Shown piece after piece: positions 12,001 through 27,000 of a DNA stretch of 64,000 nt. This DNA comes from Octopus vulgaris (lineage: Eukaryota). How positions within the stretch are numbered: the first letter of the stretch is position 1; each line of letters begins with the position of its first letter. The notes below the pieces were generated by a model. That model made no database searches, was not told the DNA's origin, and worked only from the letters and a program-made list of their open reading frames with translations. Position numbers and translations under genes: made by a program. The stretch is taken from NCBI GenBank assembly GCA_951406725.2, contig OX597814.1, forward strand, positions 137,268,001 through 137,332,000, read 5' to 3'.

Positions 12001-15000
12001 GTACAAGACACTTGCTCAACATGCCACATAATGGAATTGAACCTAAAACCCATGTGGTTGCAAAGTGAACTTCTTAACTGCATGGTCATGTGTGCATCTG
12101 TATTTATATTGATCTATAGCACAGAAGTTTTATAGATTGTACTGCAAATTTAAATGATTTTGTATAATTGTTGCTAATTGTTTTTAAAATTTTAAATGCA
12201 TAATCAATACAAGTAGCTTTGAAACCCTCTCAGTTCTATGTTATAATTGTTTGAAAGTTGACTCTTCATTTCCTCCCTTGCTTCCATTCCTGTAGAATCA
12301 ATAAAATATTTACCAGTGATACACTGAGGGAATCAACACCCTATGTAATCTAATCTTCACTTTAGGAAATTATTTATCTCCACTTATTTGATCATATTGA
12401 TGATAGTAAAATACAATACATCTAATGCTGTGTTAGTTTTCACCATAATAATTATATCTGTCTAAATCATTTCGATGACTAGCGTCCGTGCTAGCGGGAT
12501 GCAAAGATCACCATACGAGTGTGATCATTGACAGAGCGGCTATTTGAGTATGATCGTTACCAGCGTCGCCTTACTGGCACTTATGCCTGTGCTAGTAGGG
12601 TGCCAAGAGCACCATCCAAGCGTGATTGTTGCCAGAGCAGCCAACTGGCTTCTGTACCCGTGGCATGTAAAAGGGCACCATTTGAGCATGATCGTTACCA
12701 ACGTTGCTTCACTGGCATCTGTGCCAGTGGCACATGTAAAAAGATTCGAGCGAGGTCATTGCCAGTACTGCCTGACTGGCCCCCGTGCAGGTGGCACATA
12801 AAAAGCACCCACTACACTCTCGGAGTGGTTGGCGTTAGGAAGGGCATCCAGCTGTAGCAACTCTGCCAGATCAAGACTGGAGATCAGAATACAGGACATT
12901 TTGTGACCAAAATAGATTTACTAACCTAGTCTTCCAAGATCTCAACTCTTCTTTTAGAGGTGGAACCTTAAGAAACAATTTTGTCAAAAATAAGTATTCA
13001 GGCCATAATATGATAAAAGATGTTAGAAAGCTTTAGTATGTATTATGACAAATAATAACGACTCATTTTATTGTTAGCTCTTATTTAATCCTGATCATGT
13101 GTGGCCAGTACCAGTGACACGTGAGAGGCACTTGTGCTGGTGATACATGAGAAGTACCCATGCTGGCGACACATAAGAGACACCTGTGCCGGTGACACGT
13201 GAGAGGCACCCGTGCCGGTGACACGTGAGAGGCACCTATGTTGGTGACACATAAAAGTCACCCACTACACTCTATGGAGTGGTTGATGTTAGGAAGGGCA
13301 TCCAACCATAGAGACCAAGCCAAAACAGACTGGAGCCTGGTGCAGCTCTCCAGCTTACCAGTCAAACCATTTTATCCATGCCTACATGAAAACAGAAAAC
13401 AGATACTAAACAATGATGATGACGATGATAGTCCTTCACTTTAGGAAAGAGAATTTTCTCTTTATGAAAATTGTAGATTATTTGAAGATCAAGTTAATTA
13501 GAAAAGAAAGAGTTTAGTACAGGTGTATAACACGGCCATTAGGAGCAAGTCCAGTGCAGTGAAGTTTAGAAAACATCAAAATATCAGATTTATGGAAAAG
13601 TGGTAATTGTGCTGCAAGTGAATGGGTGCTGACTAATAACATTGTTAGAGGGTTGTTCTTATTTATATCTGGCCAGCTCTGATTTTTTTCTATCTATCTT
13701 TTAATCTGGATGAAAGTCAGTGTCATGATCTCCCATAGGGTTTCCAAGACAGGTGAGAGAGAGAAAGGTATTCTCAAACTGGAAACCTGATCCGAGAGCT
13801 GACAGCAAAGTAGATTCTGCTAAAGGCAGCAAAGGTACCAGGAGGTAACGTTAAACCAAGGGATGAATTAAATCTGTTTCCTAAAAGGCATTTCAACTTT
13901 GACTATCCTTATGGTTATAGTAGGTACTTGAGCTAGTGATAGGCCAAAGAAGACTTTGTATAACAGACAAATCCAGTTCTTTAGAGCATCAGTAGGACTG
14001 GTTTGAAATGTCTTTAATATCATTTACTTTTAGTTAGCACCCTTCAAATTCACATCTTCATTAAAACTACATGACACTGAGGAATTCTAAGTGTTCTCTT
14101 GTTCTGTGCAGAAAATGAGGAAGGATTTTCTATTGATTTATATCCCTACAAGGTTGGTAGATAAAACCTATGTTTGTATGACACATTTCTTTTAAACAAC
14201 AAAATTGCAAACGATTTTACTTCATTTCAGTTCTAAAAATTTCTAAATATGGGAACCTTATTTTGCTTTTTACTGTTAAACTTTGGTATCGCATATTCAT
14301 ATTATCTAATGAAGCAAAAAATGTTACTATGCATTGTGTCTCTTCAGATTATATATGTACAGTTCTATGTTTCATTGCTGTTTTGGAATACTGCCTTCAC
14401 TGAACAAAATGAACAGAGCATGTTCCAATGGATGTGTAATGTGAGCACATATGAAGGACTGATGTGCCACGAGGAAAAGTTGATACAAAAATATCAGTTA
14501 TTGTGTAAGAGAGAAAATTGTGCTGGTGTAGACATGTTATTTGTATGAAGGATTGCAGTTGAGCGATGAGGTGCCAAGTGGCCCAGATGGAAGTAACCTG
14601 TGAAAGAAGTGAAAAAACTGAACCCAAGATGCTTAACCTCACAAAGGAGGTGATGAGAAACTAATAATAAAAGGTTTGAATCTTTGCTGGAGAAGGCATG
14701 TCCAAGACTTGGAAACATGGAAAAACTGGCTTATACTGATGATGCTTCTCATAAAGTATTTAACAACTATTACTTGAGTCATGAGTAGTTTTAGAAAGAA
14801 ATATCTACATAGAAAAAGAAATAATCCAGCTGTATGCATGGAACCAAATTTGAAAACACACCCTACTCTTTCTAGCATGGAAAATAACTGTAAAAATATT
14901 TTATAGTGTCTTTGCCATTCTTTTCTAATCTTAGCATTCTTTTATATGTAAGGTATCTATTATTCATATATATTCTAATTTCTTTTTTCTATTTTGGTTC

Positions 15001-18000
15001 TAACTTTAGAAGCTGCAGCAGCTGCTGGGGCAAAACCTACTGATATAACAGAAATGTCAACAAGTGACTCATCACTTGGATTTTTGACAGTGAATTCTGA
15101 AAATACTGAAAATTTTCTGGATACCACAAATGTAGCAGATGAATCAGATTTGTCTGAGGATTCTTCCAACCATGGAAACAAGCAATCAAAATCAGATGCA
15201 GTACAATCAGAGAAAAACCCTCCGAATTCAAGTGAGAGAGAACAAACACAGAAAATTGATGATGTTAATCGACTGTATTTAGAAGAAAGTTTGAAAATAT
15301 TGCAGAATGCAAGCGCTAAACATACATCAACAGAAAATTTACAAGATAAACCTGAGAAACCTAATAATTCTGTGATTTCTCAACCAAGAAAAAGTACCAG
15401 TATGACTGAGACAATACCAAGCTTCGAGCTAAGCCAACACACGAAAGATTTAACAAACCTTTCAGACTCAGAAAACACAGTTAAACATACTCCTCATGTC
15501 AATGTGGCTAACTCTTCTTCTTCTTCACTCAGCTTTCTTAAGAAACTTACTGTGAACCTTACTGATACCAACTGTAGTGGAGACCGGCAATCTATGACCA
15601 CATCAACTAAAGACTTCTTAAATTCTACTAAAAATATTAAAAGTAGAGATGATGCAGTATCAAGTGAAAATAAAGGGAATGAAAAGGACCGGTTCATCAT
15701 CAGAGAAAATAAGGAGGTTTCAGATTCACCATCTTCCTCTGATTCTGAATTTAAGACCTCTAGAAAAATTAGTTGCGCAAAAGACATTAAATCTAAGCAG
15801 GATGATGCTGTTATCTCTAGCAATAGGATTTCTGACAGGGAGGATATTACTGAAGAAAGACCATCTGAGTTAAAAGAGGTAACTGCTGATATAGGATCTC
15901 TGAAATTAAAAGAGAAATCTACAATTTGTGAAGAAACCAAAACCGGACAAAGTGATGTGGCAACTGATAAAGACACTTTCATTGAAGATCTTGCAGAAGT
16001 ACCATTGGAAACTAAAGATGTAGAATATACAAGTGAATTCATCCAAACATTTTCCTTGGAAGAGACTGTTTCTTCAAATGTGAGTCAGAATAAAACTGAT
16101 GAAAAAATTGAAGTGACTAACAAAAACGAAATGGTAGCTTGTACACAGGAAAAGCAAAATATAGCAGACCAGCATGAGAGCAAGAACAATTATGGTAGAA
16201 TGTTAGAGGGACAGATGGAACTGAATGAAGAACCTGTCAAAGATTTTGTTCCTGTAGACAACAATGTTGTTTTAGAGCTACAGGAAGAGATGGTTGTAAT
16301 TGAGGATGAAAATGAAGTGATTGAAGTACAAGATGAACCAATTGTTGAAGTACTTGATGAAGAATATATAAGATTACATAACGAAGATCTCATAGGTATC
16401 AATCGAGAAGCAGCATGTGTTTATCAAACAGAAACTAAAGATACAAAAGACCTACAAAAGGAAATGACACTAAATGAAGACATTGAAAAGAAGCCCGATC
16501 ATCATGCAGAAAAAATTACAGTAGATGTGCAAGATGACAAAATGAAACCTGAGAGAGAAACTAGAAAAGAAAAAGAACTAAGTAGTAATGTGGAAGAAAT
16601 AGTAGTGTGTATAGATGAAGCAAGAAGGGAATCAAGGGTGGGTAAGAATAATGAAAATGTATTACAAGATAAAGTTGATGTGACTACAGATGAAAAGGAA
16701 ATCAGTGTAACAAAGAGCAAAGTAGAGGTTAGTACAGCACAAGATGAAGAGGACATTCCACTGTTTGAAGTTGAAAGCTTGTCAGAAGATGAAACCAGTG
16801 AAATTCCAGGTGAAGTTGACAAGAGCACGAAAGGGGAAAACAGGAGTATCAGTCAGAGTGAAGGTGATGCTAGCATGGTCCCTGATGAAGAAGAAGAAGA
16901 AGAAGAAGACATTCCATTGTTTGAAGTTGAAAGCTTGTCAGAAGTTGAAATCAGTAAAGTTTCAGGTGATGTTGACAGGAGCGCTAAAGGGGAAAACGCA
17001 AGTGACCACCAGTGTGAAGGTGACGCTAGCATGCCCCATGTTAAAACCAACATTGGGTTAACTCTAGATAAGAGTGAGACTAAATCATTTCAGAATAAAG
17101 ATGATATTGGCAAAATACAAGACAAAAGTGAGGATAATATGGCCCCAAATAAAACTGAAATTGATATGATTCTGGTTGAAAGCAAGGCTGATGGAAAACA
17201 GAGCAACAAAACAGATGTAACTCAGGATGAAAGTGAAATCTATCTCATCCAAAATGAAAGAAAAGCAAGCATGACCCAAAATAAGAGTGAACGTGGTGTA
17301 ACTCAAGATGAAAGCAAGGCTTCTGTGATTCAAGATGAAACTGAGGCTTGGGTGACCCAGGAAGAAAGCAAGGCTGATGAAACCCAAGATGAAAGTGAGG
17401 CTGATGTGGGCCAAGAAAAAAGTGAGACTGGTGTGCCCCAAGATGGAAGTGAAGCTGGTGCATCCCAGGGTGAGAATGTGGATGGTGGATCCCAAATAGA
17501 AAGCGAGGATTATGTGTCAGAAATAGAAAGCAAGAACTCTGCATCCGAAGCTGAAAGTGAAGTTGCTGTAAGCCAGCACAAGCACAATCTTAGTGGAATT
17601 CAAGAAGAATTTGAGACTGGTGCAATTCAGAATGACAGCAAGATAAGCGTCACCCAAGATAGAAGCAAGTCTAGCATGATACAGCATGAAGTTGATGTGA
17701 TATCAGAAGAAAGTGAAGCTGGTGAAATCCAGGAAGAAAGAGAGGTTGGTGAGACTCGGGAAGAAAGTGAGCATAGTGAATCTCAGGAAGAAAGCGAAGC
17801 TGGTAAGACCCAGGAAGAAAGCGAAGATGGTGAAACCCAGGAAGAAAGCGAAGATGGTGAAGCCCAGGAAGAAAGTGAGGCTGGTGAGACCCAGGAAGAA
17901 AGTGAGGCTGGTGAGACCCAGGAAGAAAGTGAGGCTGGTGAGACCCAGGAAGAAAGTGAGGCTGGTGAGACCCAAGAAGGAAGTGAAGCTGGTGAGTCTC

Positions 18001-21000
18001 AAGAAGAAAATGAAGCTGGTAAAACCCGGGAAGGAAACAAGACAGGCATAAAACAGGATAAGCCTGACTTCAGTGCATCTTCAGATAAAAACAAGATTAT
18101 TTTGACACTTAATAAAAGTGAAACCATGGCTGACCAGGAAAAAAATTTGACTCTAAACAAAGATAGAAAGAGCACTCAGGTCCAATATCCAGCCAATGTA
18201 ATGCAAGATGAAGACATGCCTGCTACAACTAATGATTTTGATTTTCGTAATGAAATCAAAAATGATGGCAGAGAAGAACAAGAATCTAATATCAAAGTAA
18301 AATCTGTAAGCAAGAATAAAAGTATTTCTAATGAAAGGGAACTGGCTGAAAATGAAATACAAGTAGATGATGAAATTATCTTTCGGCAAAACATTGAACA
18401 CTCAAAGGAGGATTACTTTAGAGGTAAAGAGAGCCAAACTACTCCTTCCCGTTCTTCTTTGCGACTAAGATCTTCTGTTGCTAATCCATCAGTCTCTCCA
18501 AAGTTTTCAAAGTCTCGGGATCTTAGCTTAAAACGTAGAGGAACAAAACGAAAATCAGTTAGTGACCATACAACAGAGGCTGCACAAGTATCCACTCATT
18601 CTGTTTCAGAGAAACTAAGACGACGAAGCAGCAGAGAGACAAATTTAAGTAAAACCAGATCATATAGAATTATAGACACTTTGAGTGGAAGTGGAAACTC
18701 TATGACAATCAGTAATCAAGCTATAAGGCAATTTTCCCCGGATGTTGGGACAGTTCCAAATGAAAATCAACGTTTGCAGAAGACAGATCAACAAATATCA
18801 GGTTGGACATTTTTTTTTTTGTTTTTTTTTTTAACTTCCTTTATGGTTTTCATTACTGTGAATGTTTATATACTGGGCCCATCTTGATTTGGTATTACTC
18901 ATTCACTCTTCTGAGCTGAAAATAATAGGTGCCAATTCAGTTTCAAGAATTGCAAGTCAAAGAACTTGACTGTTAAAAGATTGGAAGTCCACTTTGACAT
19001 ACTCATTTCCATCAAGTCATATTAGGATGTTGAGAGGGATCTGTTGTTTCAGTTACTCATATCTTTCATGCCAATTTCCTAAACTTACTTGCACATTGAT
19101 ATTAAAACACTCCTCTACCTTAAAAGACTATAGAGGAGGTTATGCTTTGGAGTTTCCTCTCCAAGGCAGAAGTTAGTATGGAGGGAAATACCATCTATAT
19201 TGACTTTCATTTAGTCCCTTAAAGTTAACCTATTAGCATTCAAATTACTCTAATAAAAGGTAATGCTTATTTATTTATGAAATAATCATGCATTATCTCA
19301 CAGCTTCAAGATTTCAATGATTTATTTTAGAATAACATTATAGGGTAGGTGTGAGAGGCCAGATCTGGCCAGTTTGAACATAAAACGCGTAGAATATTTG
19401 GGTCAGATATGGCTAGTTTAAATGTTAAAGGGTTAAGGCTCCTGCAATTATCCTATTCTGATGTTTTAGAAACTGCTTCTGGCTTGAAGTTGGTTGACTT
19501 GCCATCTTCCTTTGGTGATCTTTCTTATAGCACCAATAATATTAATTTTAACCATTATTTTACAGCTTTATTAACAATGAAATCTAGCTGTATCAATATT
19601 ATGTTTAACACTTTTTTAACTATTGACTACATTTTTATTCAGTAATTTTTCAATATAATCAGTATTTTGGAGGGGTTTAATAAAATATCTGTAACTTTAT
19701 ATATTGGCATATTATACTGGTGTTGATCAGCTGAAATCTTGTAGTATCATTCATATTATAATGCGATTTTGAGCAAGATTTTAATATGAACCCATTAGTA
19801 CTCATTGAATTGAGATGGTTTGATATTAAAAAATTTCATTATTTTACCAGTCTTTTACAAAATATTTTAATATTAATGAGTAAAAGCTAGAGATTTAGAG
19901 CAAAGATTTAAATATCATAAATTTCTTTTTCCCCTTCCCAAAATATAAGGATTTTAGGTTTAGTAAAATAAACCAAAATTTGTAATAAACATGTTTAATT
20001 TATTTATCTTTTCAGCTGAATCCAGCAAAATCTTGGAATCAACAGTAAGTCATTACTTTCCACATACTTTCATAAAATTAGTATCAGTTATAATCTGAGC
20101 TGTTTCAGCCAACAATGGACTTGGACCATGGCTAATTTAATTTAGTATTATTTTATAAGGTAAACTCAGGACATAGAAGAATGGAACTAACTATGGTAAG
20201 GTATTTTATTCAATACTGAACCATTCCATTTTTATTAAAGACTGTAGCAAGTCTTGAAGTTATTTTTCAAACAAAAATATGTTAAAACAAAGAAAAAGTG
20301 ACATAACACTACTTTTAATCATGTTTTGATTAGACAAATAACTTTTGAAAGGAAAGTTATAAAAATAAAATAATGTCACAAAATTAAAAATAAGCAAATA
20401 AAACTCTGTGAATTGGTGTACATGTGTGAAAGTAAGAAAATGGATATATTAAAAAAATAAATAAAAAGTTGTAATCACTGAAATAGTTTCACTTGTTCTG
20501 TTGACATTTTGTTTCAGTTAGAATGCTTTTACCTGCACATAAAAAAATTCCATTCTCCATTCTAGATCCAGCATAAGTCTCAACATCATTGTTCTTTGTT
20601 CAAATGTATTAAAGTTTTTAGAAAAATAATAGTTTCAGTATTTCTTGGCTAAGTTACTCTCAGAAACAAGCTTTTGTTTTGGATTTCATCCAGTCATCAA
20701 CAAAAGCATTACCTGCAGATTCACTATTCTATTTATGAGATACATGAATGATATAGCTGTGAATCATAAGGTTTTCAAAGTGGATAAAGTGGTGAGGAAT
20801 ATAATATAGTTAACAAACAGGCAGGTATTCACCAAAGCTCTGTTCTTTGTTTAACCTTTTAAGCCAGCATGGTTTCAGGATGTAGAACTTTGGGAAGTTT
20901 CTTTATGCCAATAATCTTATTCTCATCTTAGAAATCAAAGGATTTTAAATTTAGGAGGCTTGATTGAGTCAGTCACTCAGTTAAGAAATTTTGAAAGGAC

Positions 21001-24000
21001 TAATTAGGTAGAATCACAAAATCTAAGATGAAAAGCCTTTGCTTAGTGTGTGGGACTGAAAGACAGAGGTACTTAATCATCAGAGCCTCAGTGGCCGCTA
21101 TTCCAACCACCAGCAGTATATACAAATACCACAGCTGCTGTTTTACCAGCTGCCACATTGTACTGTTTACAAATACCCCAGCGGCTGCTATTCTGGCCGC
21201 CAGCTGCAGATACAAATACAAATTCCATCCACCAGCCACAGATGCAAATACTCCAGCAGTCGCTTTACCGGCCAGTATTTTCTGCATTGGAAAACCGGTC
21301 AGTAACTACTGGCTTGACTGGCTCCACAAGCGCCAGTAGTGGAGATTAAAAAAAAAAAAAAAAAGTGGTAAGGATAATGTTGCCCTTTATTTGGTATTTT
21401 ATTTCGATATGAGAGACAGAAAACACATTTTAGTGATACTGAAATAATATTAGGCAAGAAATCATTTTATTTGCTCTTTTACCCAGAGAACATGAGGTGA
21501 GTTGTGTCAAGGACAACGGGAATCTGGTGTTCAAAGGGTTAATATTGAGCAAGAAACAAACAGTACAAGAGGTTGATGGAAAGCTGCAAGATTATTTATA
21601 CAAATGAGTGTAGTAGAGATAATTGGTTTCTTGGAGACAGCAACATTGGCATTTTGTGAATGAATTTAAACAGCACTATTGACTCATACTATAATGAGAA
21701 AGCTTATCCAGAAAATTTTAATCCAGGAAGTTACTGTTGAAGAACATTAGGTTAGTAGCTTTGCTAGACAATTTTACTTTTGCTAAACCCTTTCATTACC
21801 GTATTTATTTCGAGATGCTCTGTGTTTCTTTCTATTAAATAAATACTAAATATAACAAAGAATTTAGTAAAATAACATAGTTATCATTAAGCTGGTGTTA
21901 GGAACATAAATTATGACTAAGCTTTGGTGGAAGATTTTAATTCAAAACTTATGAAAACAAGACATTTGTACTACAGAGCCAGAGCCGGTTTCAGCTGGGT
22001 TGGTATCGGAAGGGTTAAAGGCAAGATACTAGTGAAATGTAATATAGACACTGTCAGTGAATTAATGAACATGTCACTGCAGGACGTTTATATCATCTAT
22101 ATATATAAAACTGTAGTTGTGTGAGTGTCTGTCCCCTTCGATTTAGATTCCTAACTACTCCCACATTTTGCGGTGCAGTTTAACCAAATTCAGGTATCTT
22201 ATAGTCGTGATTCATATCGAGCCCGTCTGAGTATTAGCGCGCGTCTACGATGAGTCTACGATTTTAAAAATAATTTAACATCATTTTTTATTCAATTTTA
22301 ATGCATAATTTTTCGTGTGTCGATGGCGGCGGAGTTGGCGTCCATGGTCACACCTGCACCTGTTTGCTTCTCCCCCTTCTTCCCTCCCTCGTGAAGCTGT
22401 GGGGAAGGGAGTGTAAGGAAATCAACGTCGTAAAGCGTTGTCAAGGAGACCAGCGTTCTTTTAGAACAACGACTTCATGGCTTGAAGACACCAAAACAGA
22501 AATGGCTAAGAAAGCCCGAATTGGCATCTATAAGGGAAGTAACTCTCTAAAAATGCTTATATAGTTATTTCCCTTACAAACCTGAGCAACGCCGGGCGAT
22601 ACTGCTAGTAATCACTAAAAAGAAAAGTGTTTCTCTGTCTATCTATAAAACTTGGGTAGTAAATAGATAGGAGCTAATTTAGTTACTTATGTCAAAAGGT
22701 TGATTTATCTAGCACACGTATGTTCTTACCAACATGATCTCCTCTACTATGCACATGTATTAATTCTCTTAGCCTTATTTGGAAAATAACTTTGCATGTC
22801 CAATGAGTGATATTCATTCCTTTTCATTTGCTGCAAATCCTCCACATTGATTGGCCAAGTTTTATTGCCATGTGATATACTCTTCCTACATATACCTTGT
22901 ATGTTACTGCATTAGTTATTATTTTACTATATTTATTGCTTGTTTAAATATTAGTTTTTGTTGCTGTAATTTCATTTTCAGTTCAGTTCATTGTTATTTT
23001 TTTTTTGTTTTAAATAGCGACCAAAGAAAAAATTAAAGGAAGCCAACCCAATGTAAGTTAACTATTAAGATACTATATTTCAAGTGAAGAGTTAGAAGTT
23101 TGTATCTTGTTACTGGTATGCCTGTGTCCTTAATAAGGTGCTTATCATCATCATCATCATCATTGTTTAACGTCTGCTTTCCATGCTAGTATGGGTTGGA
23201 CGATTTGACTGAGGGCTGGCAAACCAGATGGCTGCACCAGGCTCCAATCTTGATCTACAGCTTGATGCCCTTCCTAATGCCAACCACTCTGAGAGTGTAT
23301 TGGGTGCTTTTACGTGCCACCGGCACGGGGGCCAGTCAGGCGGTACTGGCAACGACCTCTCTCAAATGTTTTTCCACGTGCCACTGGCACAAGTGCCAGT
23401 AAGGCAACACTAATAACAATCACGCTCGAATGGTGCCTTTTACATGCCACCGGCACGGAAGCCAGTTAGCCGCTCTGGCAATGATCACACTCGGATGGTG
23501 CTCTTAGCACCCTACTAGCACAGGGCACAAGTGCCATAAAATAGAGATCAACTTGATGTGCTAATTAGATAGAATTATTGTTGTTGTTTAGCCCCCAGGT
23601 CAGACCTATGACCAAAGACATTCCTGCCATGAGAATCTCATTAATTCAGTGTTATAGGATCTTACATTCAAAGTGGGGAAATGATAATGTTAGACTGAAT
23701 GCCTTTCTACATATATATTTTATACATAAAAGTATTAGGTTATGTTGGGTAAAGAGGGGTTTTGAAAACCCATCATAAGTATTCAGTTCACTTGTAATCT
23801 TTCAAGTTATAAAAATATAGTATTTAATTTTGGTTTACAAGACCAATGTTTTATTTAAACTATTGTAATATTTATGATTATAAATAATTGTTTATAGGTT
23901 AGAAGATAGAAACTGAAAGAAGCCCATCATGTTTGTGTGCGTGTTTGTGTCAGTGTTTGTCCCCCCACCAACACTTGAGAACTGGTGCTGGTGTGCTTAC

Positions 24001-27000
24001 ATCCTCATAACTTAGCAATTCAGCAATAGAGACTGATAGAAGTACCAGGCTTAAAAATAAACATATAAGTAGTGGGGTTGATCCATTCTACTAAAAATTA
24101 TTCAAGGTGGTGCTCCAGCATGGCTGCAGTCTAATGACTGAAACAAATAAAATATGAGGACAGCTGTATAAAGAAGTGCCAATCTCTATCTGTGGAGGGG
24201 ACCTGTGAAAGAGGTAAACCCACAAAGACATGGGACGAGGTGGTGAAGTATGAACTTTGAAATGTTGGGCCTCATGGAGGTGACAAGTTACCAGGATCAT
24301 TGGCGATATGCTTGCTTGAGAAGACGCGTCAAGCTAGGTGAAATCATAGTCGTGGCTGATGCTGATGTCACACAACTGGCACCTGTGCCGATGGCACATA
24401 AAATGTACCCATTACACTCTTGGAGTGGTTGGCATTAGGAAAGGCATCAAGCTGTAGAAACCATGCCAAGTCAGACTGGAACTTGATGCAGCTCTCTGGC
24501 TTACCAATTCCAGTCAAGCTGTCTAACCCATGCCAGCATGGAAAGCATATACTAAATGATGATGATATATATAGCAAAAATAGAAGTTGAAAATGCACAG
24601 AGAATAGTTATTTTACTAAACTCTTCGTTATTTTCGAAATTAAATGAAACGAAAGTAGTGTTTTTCAACAGAAATATAGTCACAAAAGAGTTAAAGCTGC
24701 CAGCTTATTGTCAAATATGAGTATCCTCTGTCTCCAATAAGGCTACTGCCACAACAGAGTCTGTTCTTCTGAAACTACTGACTTTATGTAACATCAATCT
24801 AAGCCTACTCTATGCACCAGCTTAGCAGGGGTGGATGCTCTGAGTGTAGCTGCTGGAATAAGAATAGCCTGAGCAAAGTTCAAAGAACTCCTACCTCTGC
24901 TGGTGATAAAGAGCCTCTTGCTCAGAGTAAAATATAGACTGTATGACGCATGTGTGCAAACAGCCATGCTACATGGGAGTGAAACATGGGCTGTGGCTGC
25001 TGAGAACATGTATAAGCTTTCAAGGAATGAAGCTAGTATACTCTGCTGGATGTGTAATGTCAGTGTGCGTACACAACAGAGTGTAAGCACCCTGAGACAA
25101 AAGTTGGGCATAAGAAGCATCAGATGTGGTGTGCAAGAGAGACAACTGCGCTGGTATGATCATGTGTTGCGTTTGGATGAGGACAGCTGTGTGAAAAAGT
25201 GTCACACCCTAGCAGTAGAGGGATCCTGTAGAAGTAGACCCAGGAAGACCTGGGGTGAGGTGGTGAAGCACAACCTTTGAACGTTGGGTCTCATGGAGGT
25301 GATGATAAGTGACTGAGACCTTTGGAGATACGTTGTGCTTGAGAAGACCCAGCAAGCCAAGTGAGACCGTAACCATGGCCTATGCCAGTGCAGCATAACT
25401 GGCCCACTTAAGAGTACCCTTCAATCATTGGGCAATAAACTGTGCTTGCGAAGACCTGTTGAGTTAAGTGAAGTCATTGTCATGGCCAGTGACAGTACTG
25501 TCTGATTGGCACCTGTGCTGGTGGACCATAAAAAGCACCATTTGAGCACAGTCGATGCCAGTGCTGCCTGACTGGTCCCATGCCAGTGGTGCGTAAAAGG
25601 TGCCATTTGAGCATGGTCGTTGCCAGTGTCCACTGACTGGCTCACATGCAGGTGGCATGTAAAAAGCACCATTAGAGCGTGGTCGATGCCAGTGCCAGCT
25701 GACTGGTCCTGTGCCAGTGGCAGCTGACTGGTCCTGTGCCAGTGGCATGTAAAAAGCACCATTTGAGCGTAGTTGTTGCCAGTGCTGCCTGACTGGCTCC
25801 CGTGCTGGTGGCATGTAAAAAGCAACATTAAAGCGTGCTCAATGCCAGTACTGCCTGTGGCACGTAGAAGGCACCCACTACAATCTTGGAGTGGTTGACA
25901 TTAGGAAGGGCATCCAGCTGTAGAAACTTTATCAGATCAGATTCGAGCCTGGTACAGCCATCTGGCTTGCCAGCCCTCAGCCAAACCGTCCAGATGGAAA
26001 GTGGACATTAAACAACGATGATGATGATGATGATTTTCAAATCCCTCACTGTATGTAGTTTTTACCCAATTTTTTGCTACTCAGATTAAATCCCTCTGGG
26101 CTTTTACATCCAACTATTAATCTTCTACAAATCGAGCAGAACTTGAATTTCATTTAATTTATCCATTTAGCCTAATAGTTTCTGTCAGTTTATAAAGAGT
26201 ATGAAAAAGGGTTATGGGTACTGCTCCATCCACTTCAGACTAATAAATGAGACCCCTTTAAAGTTAAGATTATATAAAACTTTTTCCCTTTCGCTTATTT
26301 TCATTGTTTAACCCCAGGTCGACCATAATCCAGTCAATCTTATAATCAAAAGCATTCTAGCCATGAAACATGTGTTTTAAATTACATTATCTAATATATA
26401 TTTGCCTTGTTCATAATAATGGGGAAGGGGGGATGAGATTTTAGCTGCTGTTTCTAGCAGGTCATGTGACCTTGTAAAAGCTCCATTGTACATCTGTGTT
26501 TTTACTTGTAAAAGCACTGGTGTGTTTCTCTTTCCATGAGTGTTTTTTCTAGAAATTCTTATAGAGTAGATTTATTCTATTATGGCTTTATTTATTTGTG
26601 TCTATTTTCTTTATTCAAATTATTATAGAGCAAGAAGAAAACATAAAGAGTATGTTGTATCTCCCCAAGTGACAGCTTCCTTACTCAGTCATTATTCAAA
26701 GATGCATTTTCCAACTTCCTGTAATGATGTATTAGGTTCAATGTAAGTATACCATTGACTCATTTTAAACAATTGTTGTTTTTTGCTACTGAAATGCTTC
26801 ACCACATTTATTGCACAACTTTGAAACTTATTCTATGCTAAGGGAAAAAAAGCCAGGTGTCTTCTCTGACTCCTTCCATCTTTTTTCCTTACATCAGAAT
26901 CATAGAAGGAATGTGTTTGCCTGCTTATTTCACTCACAGCACAGCTTTGCATTATTGACATATATTTCACTCCTGATTAAGGCTGTGTTAAATAAGATAT

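Noticed and set aside
15494-18595. Antisense and alternative-frame ORFs over the giant exon
   Set aside because: Expected shadows of a repetitive, purine-biased coding strand.
14994-18887. Stand-alone 1297-aa single-exon gene
   Set aside because: Starts at TTG inside a pyrimidine tract and ends in T-rich intron-like sequence; splice sites and phases place it as an internal exon.
25480-25870. CRISPR-like array
   Set aside because: Whole units repeat with no unique spacers; it is part of a LINE 3' UTR in a eukaryotic genome with no cas genes.
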